Part shown: piece after piece, positions 55,766 through 64,000 of the stretch
Layout of the letters: the number at the start of each line of letters is the position of its first letter
Position numbering within the stretch: position 1 is the first letter of the stretch
Assembly: GCF_001194135.2 (NCBI RefSeq)
Contig: NC_068992.1
Coordinates: forward strand, 44,865,596-44,929,595
DNA length: 64,000 bases
Reading direction: 5' to 3'
From: Octopus bimaculoides
Taxonomy: Eukaryota
Notes under the pieces: model-generated
Database searches by the model: none
Told to the model about the DNA's origin: nothing
Seen by the model: only the letters and a program-made list of their open reading frames with translations
Position numbers and translations under genes: made by a program

Positions 55766-57476
55766 TTAATGATGAACTTATGCACGAAAATTGGGCCGAA
55801 TTTTATTAATAATTATTCTTAAATTATATTAGTTCCCTCAAGAGTGCAATTCTTCAAAAATCAGACAATCTTGAAAGTTTCTGGTTAAATATCTTAGACT
55901 ATTTCTTCCCGATCATTTAAATTTGCAGTTAAAATTCCAACCTGAATGATTTACACTCATATTATATGAAATAGTTTTTGAAGCCTTTTACCTTTCTTGT
56001 CATATTTCGTTAACAACGCAGATCTCATCTGAAGTCGCACCGTATGAAATGGAATCCAGTATCATTCCTATTTATTTGAACACAGTATAGATGAACCCTA
56101 CTTCAATTTAGTTGTAGTATCTGAGAAATCGATATATACTGATGAAGTCCAATTGCGGACTACCTGAAATACCTTGAATAACATTCAATAGTCATCTAAA
56201 CATGAAGAGATACGAAATTATATCTAAGTTTACTATTTACAACCAGAACGTTACCTATCATATGATAGGGCAACCTATAATAATAATAATAATTTAACTT
56301 TTATCAACTTTTTTGGTGGTGACATGAGCACTAATTTTCTGAAAGAGAATAAGTATTAGCTAAAAATGAAATTAGGCAAATTTCTCATTTATATATTTAC
56401 AATAAACGTTATTTTTTCTAAATTCCATCAACATTGTCGCCATCTACTCACCAAAAACATATTTCTGCAAAATTTCCTTTTTAGAAATGTGTTTTTCCGA
56501 AAGTCATCATTGCCTACTACCAAATTTCGTGTGTGCTCTCATCTATCCCCTCTTATGCTAGCATTCTATGTGTCCTTGTTTTGCAATCTCTCTCTTCCGT
56601 TCTCTCATTCTATTTAACTTCACTGATGAAATCTACCAACTATCCAACCAAAGTTTATATCGGTTATTACTATATAGAGATTAGCAACACATATATTATA
56701 AGATATTAAGTTATTACAAAGAATTGCTAATAAATTACTGGATGTATTTGTAACTTTATTCTCTCAGCAATTGAGCCCTTACGATGAACTGAAACAAAAC
56801 ACAGTAAATGAAAAATGTCAACTAGATATTCATCCACAAAATCTATCTTTGAAATACAAATCTTCTTAACGCCGATAAAAATATATCTTGAACTGAGTGC
56901 ATCACCCTCACTAGGAACGTTGCTGTGATTTGAGGCAAAATGAAATTGTAAATTCTTCTAAAATTTGGTGTTTGATTTATTGTTGTCAAATTGAAATATT
57001 GGATTTTATTATCTTATGCAAATTTTAGTCACTCCACTATCAGAAAATTAGAGACTGAGTGTGAAAAAATGTTTACATAAACAGAATCATAAAACAGTGA
57101 CTTCTGTTTTAAAATATACGTATTTAGTTAGTTAATATAATGTGTTGAATAACAAATTAAGATGTCTCTTTGATCTTTTCCAAGTAATTTGCTGATGACT
57201 AATGATACTAAGATATTCATATGAGATGTTATTTTCGCCGAAATCACTTCTTTGCGATCAAAATTATGGCTACACTTTGAGATGAAGAATACGCGATGAC
57301 TTTAAAAATTCAATATTCAATACTATTTGCATATCTCATTCATCCACAACGCAATTGATGAACAGTCTCGCTGAATTTCAGATATCCTTATCATTACATA
57401 TATAATGCATCTTGTATACAGCAGTATAATTTATGCGCACAGTCCCAATGAATATATGTGCTTGTGGGTGGGGGGC

Positions 57477-57536
<60 letters not shown>

Positions 57537-57610
57537 TAGATATATAGATACATGCATACATACATACACACATACAAGCATACGCACATACATACATACG
57601 TACGTATATT

Positions 57611-57880
57611 CATGGGGTGTGATGGGTAAATTGTCACCATTTTATATTTTTAACTTCGTGCATTCGAATTCTTTGTTTTTGATTTTGCTGACTACACAGA
57701 ATAGTAGGGTCAGTTAGGAACCATCTGTGAGATAAACAGCACTATGACGCAATCCACTCTGCCAGAAATTTGGAAACGACATGCTGTACTGTTTGGCGTT
57801 CGCTCTGGAAGCTCCAGTATGAACATTTCAGAGTGATTGCGTGCCAGTCTAAGGGCAGTGCAATCTGAGAACATGTACCG
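57611..57880 (+). mobile_element. Tc1-like DNA transposon 5' fragment
   Basis: TIR-like catggggtgtgatgggtaaattgtcaccatttt; ATG at 57744 gives MTQSTLPEIWKRHAVLFGVRSGSSSMNISE*LRASLRAVQ, a paired-like HTH pattern. Confidence 0.5.
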
Positions 57881-57939
57881 AGAGTGGATACCACGTGACT
57901 GGTATCCACTCAAATTGCATCTTTTTAGTCGACCTGCTG

Positions 57940-58455
57940 TCATAACTTCTTAATGCAGAATATTCCCAACTCTCTCAAGGAATATACGAATAGCATTGGT
58001 TATTCGATTTACATTGCATCCCCGCCATCCGTAAGCATGTGATGAACACAAATAATGTTTTCCTCGTTGGTGGCACTTGCAGGACGTCCAGACCTTTGGT
58101 CATCATCAGCACTCTTCCTTTCTTTCTTAGATCCAGCTGCCCACTTTTGTAATGCTGATGAAGCTGAAGCGTCATCTATTAATGTAGCAACCATGTCAGC
58201 ATGAATGTCTTTAGGGACTAAACTATTTTTCTGTAGATAACTGATAACACTACGATGCTAATTATTTTCGAGTTTCAAGATACGTCGCTACCAGTTACTT
58301 TTGAAGTGTTCTTTGAACAGTCAGATATCTATTTACATAGAAGGAAGAAATGTAGTTAGTACCAAGAAGTGCTGAAATTTATAATGTAAGCAAGAGCTCA
58401 CAGCTCTAACGACACTCCTTCATGGTCAGCCGATTAACTTTTCAGCCGACCCTCG
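57940..58455 (-). mobile_element. mariner transposon 5' fragment
   Basis: Minus strand starts TA|CGAGGGTCGGCTGAAAAGTT (mariner-type TIR); encodes DDASASSALQKWAAGSKKERKSADDDQRSGRPASATNEENIICVHHML, the mariner HTH plus RSGRP linker. Confidence 0.85.
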
Positions 58456-60457
58456 TATATTTCATTAAAAAAATTTCTAAAGAATTGATTTGTCCAAAAT
58501 GGCAGAATATCAAAACAATTTTCGTTGAGAAAGCCTAAACCTCATAATATGTCAACGTGGATTCATAGAACTATGTTGAAAGTTTAGGAATAGAAAGAAC
58601 AATATTTGGAGAAACAATCTGGTGATATCAGAAAAATTAAACTTCTGCACGTACTAAGGAAATTTGAAGCAGGATAGAGGATGATAATGTCAAACAAATA
58701 CACTCACAGCTAATGGATATTTGCCTCACCGCTCTTTACAAATATCATGTAACATTTCCCAATTGACATTTCAGATATCCTTTTTTAAAACCAAACACAA
58801 ACTAATTAAAAACGAACAATGGCAGTCCTTTTTATTTTTGTTTTCCTTTTGTCATGTTAGTAATGCGTCTAGATTAATGTGGTTCAATGGAGTACGTATG
58901 CTAGTGTTCTGTAACGAACCGGAACCTAATTTAGGAAGTAAGTTTCGTATATTTTCAAAGGCACTGATTATATATGCATATGCCATTGGTCATATGGGCA
59001 CTCCTTTAAAGTTGTTCAGCTTCACTCATTTAAAAAGTACTTTGTTTAAATTCACTTGGTAATAGCAGCATCATACAAAGCCATTTCATAGAGACACTGC
59101 CTTTTATGAAAACAATATTTTTAGTTGTGATTCAAATACCTAGTAGAGATAGAAATCCTTATGTCGTCATTCTGTTAAAGATACCTTGCTGCGCGCGATT
59201 CATTTAATCTATATTATCATGAATACTTTGGGGAAAGGAACTAGTTTCATGAGACACTTTCCCGTTTCAATCTAATATTTCCACATGAATACGAGTGAAA
59301 AATAATTACATTAAATAAGAAAATAGAGGACCAATATTTATTGTCAGTAACATTGTGTTTAAACCTTATGTCTTTAATTTACTGTTTATTAGATTCATAC
59401 CATAGCCTTTTACACACGGATTATTTTCTGCTTTTATTTTTATTCACTTAATAATTGAATGTTATATATTACATAAACCAGGAAAATCAATACTGAAAAT
59501 TATTTATTTCACCTTTGTGAAGTATTTTTTAGGTAACATTTAGATTAATATTAGCAACGGGTAACGTTACCTACCAAAGCATTTTATACCACAATGATAA
59601 TTTGCCAACCTTTTTGTCCAATAATGAAATTTACTGAAATAAATTCACATTAAAAATAAAACAACTTTTAAAAGCCTAGAAACATAAAGTGTCCATTATT
59701 ATCGTTTTCATATTATTTTTTAAATGTATTGTGTAAAATTATGTCTAAAATGGGTATGAATCTTACGTTATTATTTTTATTGTTTGTGATAATAAGTGTT
59801 ATTTACGCCCCTATCAATAATTGATTATATCCTACCCGTTTCAGTACTTTAAAAATGCCGTTACTGTAATTATATTTTAGATTTTAATTATGATTCAAAA
59901 AGATGTAAACTGAATTGCAATATTGATAGCTAGGGAAAAATTATCAGAAAATAAGTGGATCACCAAATAGAGGAACTGGAATTGCGTTGGAAATATTAGT
60001 GACTGCCACGTTACACTTGGCTATATATACAATGACTTCGATGACAATGAAGAAACGCGTGTATTCTTATTAAAATTTTTTTCATACAAGAATGTTTTGG
60101 CATAGAATACTGTTGTGGTATAGAATACTCTTGTGGCAACAAATCCACTGAAGTAATGTATCTTTGGCTGGATATTTCATTCTTTATTGTCAAGGTGATG
60201 CGCGATGAGGGACTAAATCAACTAATTTAAAACCTGTTTCATTCATTCCAAGAACAGAAGTGTTTTAATGATTGAAATAAATATTGGAAAGTTAACAAGT
60301 GCGCTTAGAGGTGATAAGAATGCATTTAAAGCCCCTGGAATAAATACATTTGATGAAGTTAATGAATATACCAGGATGACGACCATGCTTTATGTAGGGA
60401 AATAAATCCTAATTGTTTGAGTAATATTTGATTCTAGTGCATATTTTTACTCTTCAG

Positions 60458-60588
60458 TTTTATCACGATATCTCTTGAAAATAATGTTCATGGCATATTT
60501 CATACGGGACGTCCATAGAAATAGTCACACCTTTGTGGATATACAAACGCGAAACAATTATTTTAGAAGGCTCGTTTACGCTTGGTAA
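60458..60588 (+). CDS. Candidate terminal coding exon (phase 1 to stop)
   Basis: atttttactcttcAG acceptor; only the phase-1 frame is open: (V)LSRYLLKIMFMAYFIRDVHRNSHTFVDIQTRNNYFRRLVYAW*. AATAAA motifs follow about 30-40 nt downstream. Confidence 0.5.
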
Positions 60589-60917
60589 AAAGACAAAACC
60601 ATACATTAGAAAGATAATAAAGCAATAAAAGGCATTACGATATTTGATATTTCGGCTGAAACCTAGCACATAAACATCACTATAATATGAATAAGGAAAT
60701 TACGTATTCTCTTGCCATACATTGAATGTTAACATCTCAGGGAACATGTAAGTAAATGTATTTATCACAGAAATGGGAGAGAAATCATTGAATAACTGGT
60801 TAGCTGTATAGCAGAAGAAAATCTGCAATACTCATTTACAGGATTGTATTACATGAAGACTTTTAATTTGAATCTCTATTTGGTGAACAGATAAGCGATC
60901 AAGAATTTTACTTTGCT

Positions 60918-61000
60918 ATCACATGGTTCCGAGTTTGATCTCACTGCACAGCACATTGGACAGGTTTGTTCTAACATTACCTAGAATTAATCTCGGACCT
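60918..61000 (+). mobile_element. SINE family B head fragment, highly diverged
   Basis: cacatggttccgagtttgatctcactgcacagcacattggacaggtttgttcta. Confidence 0.5.
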
Positions 61001-61256
61001 GGGAACATAAGAGGCTAAAATTATGTGGAAACCAATCAGACTATGCTTGTTCTTTGGTGGCTGCATTAAATTTGGTGCCTCCTTTAGAACTTGCACCAAG
61101 AAGTTGGCCAACTTCAAGCGGATTCCACACCTTTGCTAGCATTTCTAGTTCTATTTAGCCCCTTCACACCAGTTTTCGAGATAATTTTGAAATAGTCCTG
61201 ACATGGCGACAGAAAACAATAATTAATATTTTTGGAAAAAATTTTATTTCCTACAG

Positions 61257-61423
61257 AATTACGTACTCTGTGGTTTAGTGTATTATATTATAATGTACAT
61301 TTGGGGGTCTTGCATTACTACCATACAATTTACAGTTATACCAATATAAACTATTATCATCGGAACTCTCTAGCACTTCCACCATTATTGTCGACGCAAG
61401 AGAGATCTGACCACATTTTATAC
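61257..61423 (+). CDS. Alternative candidate exon (phase 1 to 0)
   Basis: attttatttcctacAG acceptor, TAC|GTAAGA donor; open frame (E)LRTLWFSVLYYNVHLGVLHYYH...SDHILY. Confidence 0.35.
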
Positions 61424-62254
61424 GTAAGAGTAACTTCACTTTTTAAAACAACGAATCGGAATAGGACAAAAAGAACCCAAAATAATTTACATTTACTTCA
61501 TTTTGAACATTTTTCTTTGTCGCCTAGAATTATAAATAACTCTGAATATAAGTAGTTCTACATCTACATTTTCTGTTTCAAGATTTTGCAACTTTCTTGA
61601 TAATATTACTTAATTAAATTTTCTTGGTAATTGAGGAATTTTTTATATTTTCTATATTAGCTATCAGAAATAATATTGCATGTTAATATTAGTCGTAGAA
61701 AATTGAATGTCTGCACAACGAAGCAAAATTTAGATAAATATTCAGAAAATATGATTGAAGTTTGAGCTGATAATTATCTTACATGAAAGGCTTAATTTGT
61801 CACGGTGAAGTGCTTCAACAGGAAACAGTTCATAAGTTTAAGAGAAAATAAGAAATACAGGATTAAATATTTTCATTAAAACCAACGATCCTATATTTAC
61901 TGTAACACTCGAACAGTATTTAGACTCCTCAGGTAACTTCAAATAGAAACGACCACCTGAAAGATGTGATATCAATGAGATTAATTTAGGCTGAAGATTA
62001 AACTGTCTGTATACAGAAGTTATATAAATGAGATACTGAATCTTCAAGCCGATGCTGCTGATCAAATGGAGAAAACGTTTGATAATTAGAATGCTGCTGA
62101 AAGAGAAATATTGAGATGTATATAGTAAGGTATATAATACTAGCTCTAAGAAAGATGCTATGCAGTTATGTCTGAAGTTCAGCGTCTGGATTGTTATATA
62201 AGTGTATGTATCCTAAGTATGAAAACACGTATGCATGGACATATACATGCGTAT

Positions 62255-62457
62255 ATATTGAAAACCAACGGGTATCCCAGATCCATTGTAAATCAGCTTA
62301 AGTACCCAAGGCGACCAACACGCCGAACACATAGAAAACCCAGCAACAAATGCTTCTTTAAAATACCCCATTTTAGCGAGAGGATAACTGCAGCCATCCG
62401 AAGCGCCATAAGCAGAGAAGGGCTAGACATACAACTAGCCCACTCCGGCCCCTCTCT
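62255..62457 (+). mobile_element. PLE RT C-terminal/linker fragment
   Basis: ILKTNGYPRSIVNQL ... FFKIPHFSERITAAIRSAISREGLDIQLAHSGPSL contains the L..NGYP and .PY.....I motifs of PLE RT thumbs. Confidence 0.8.
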
Positions 62458-63507
62458 GTTGTGTCTGGAAATATTCATTCTGTTTTAGTGCCTTATAATT
62501 GGACACACTCACCGGTAAAATTTCCATTCATTTCTTTCTTTATTTTACTAAAACTCTCGTTGAGTCTTGCAAACTTTTCAATAATTGTTGACTCTGTCCG
62601 TTATTCATACTTCGTTCTCTTTGTTTGTTTGTGAGAATGTGTGTGAGTCAGTGTGTGTATGCATACACATGTATGTATGTATGTATGTATGTATGTATGT
62701 ATGTATGTAGAAAGGGAATATCTATTACATGATTTTCAGGCATGTATTCTTTTAGGGAAAGAATAATGATCACTATCTTCCTTTGTTCACCTATCCTTGA
62801 GGGATTAACTATATCCATAGTCAGCAAAAGATGGTTTCAAATTGAGTATTTGAAGTGATAATTAAATTCTGCTCAACTTGCCTTTTCTTGTGGTAGATTT
62901 CAGATTTAGTGGTTCAATGCAATGTTTTCTGATTTATGGAGATATTTTGTAAATATTCTCTCTACGAGAAAATGTTTTCTGGTAATCTCATCACACACAC
63001 AGGCACAATCACACACACACAGATGTAAATATTTATTCATATATATGCATGTTAATATATATTAATACATGCACCTGCCTATCTTTCTCTCCTTGTGTGT
63101 GTGAGTTTGTGCATATGTTGTGCGTGTTTGCTACTGAGCGTTAATCAGGTATCACTATTTTCCTCATACCTGCCGACAGTTTCTCACATGTCATCCAGCT
63201 CTCTATTGATCAAAACCTCCGTTGTCTTTGAGCAACAACATAAATGATATACCTTCATAACTCAATTAACAGCCTGCAGCTATGCAGATCAAATTATCAA
63301 AACTTTGACTGATCTCGTTTGCTAACCACATGACGTTAATGTTTCTATATAGGTCAATTTACAAAGTCTATTTGTAAGCATAAACTAGATTATCGAAATG
63401 TCTGACAAAGAATCAAAACCGAATCGGTAAAATAGCTTTTCCGAATCGTGTCTCCAAGAAACTATAATTATTATTTCATATACGCGCAACAGATTAGACT
63501 TTTGGAA

Positions 63508-63509
<2 letters not shown>

Positions 63510-63556
<47 letters not shown>

Positions 63557-63586
63557 CATTAGTAGTAGTAGTAGTAGTAGTAGTAT
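63510..63586. repeat. (ATT)n/(AGT)n microsatellite
   Basis: Direct inspection. Confidence 0.95.
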
Positions 63587-63751
63587 TGTTTCATGAACAA
63601 TATAACTAACGCGAACAATAATAAATCTTGCCGCTTCTATTCCTAAGTTATTACACTACCATATTGCTTGTTGCTATTTCATTGTACAAATGTATTTCAC
63701 GAATATCTGTATATTTTATTCACTGAGCCAATGAATTATATATACACGCAT

Positions 63752-63884
<133 letters not shown>

Positions 63885-64000
63885 ATGTAAATGGATTGTT
63901 GACAAATCGGCTCCAAGTAAGTTGGCTTCTTTGTGTGAAAATAACTGTTTGTTGTTGAACATTTTTGTGAAAGAGTTGTCTAACATCTTCCCCCTTTCAG

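Noticed and set aside
61198-61215. ACA-TGGCGAC, resembling an LTR end plus primer-binding site
   Set aside because: No paired LTR, TG start or gag-like frame was found.

Overview
AT-rich, microsatellite-dense eukaryotic DNA with ten N-gaps. The SINE families and repeat landscape point to a cephalopod (octopus-like) genome; this is pattern recognition, not a database result. None of the supplied ORFs is a complete gene. The window appears to be mostly intron of a plus-strand gene whose short exons I chained by hand from splice signals and phase (18948, 26264?, 32560, 46977, 48722, 51557, then 60458 or 61257); I do not recognise the protein. The introns hold many tRNA-derived SINEs and fossils of Penelope-like elements (PLE), RTE and R4/Dong LINEs, and Tc1, mariner and Sola-like DNA transposons. 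The most striking structure is a 566-bp near-perfect foldback (33461-34026). Each arm carries a minimal type-I hammerhead ribozyme: structurally complete on the minus strand, disrupted in all three stems on the plus strand. Two further hammerhead-like remnants and a second compound foldback are also present.
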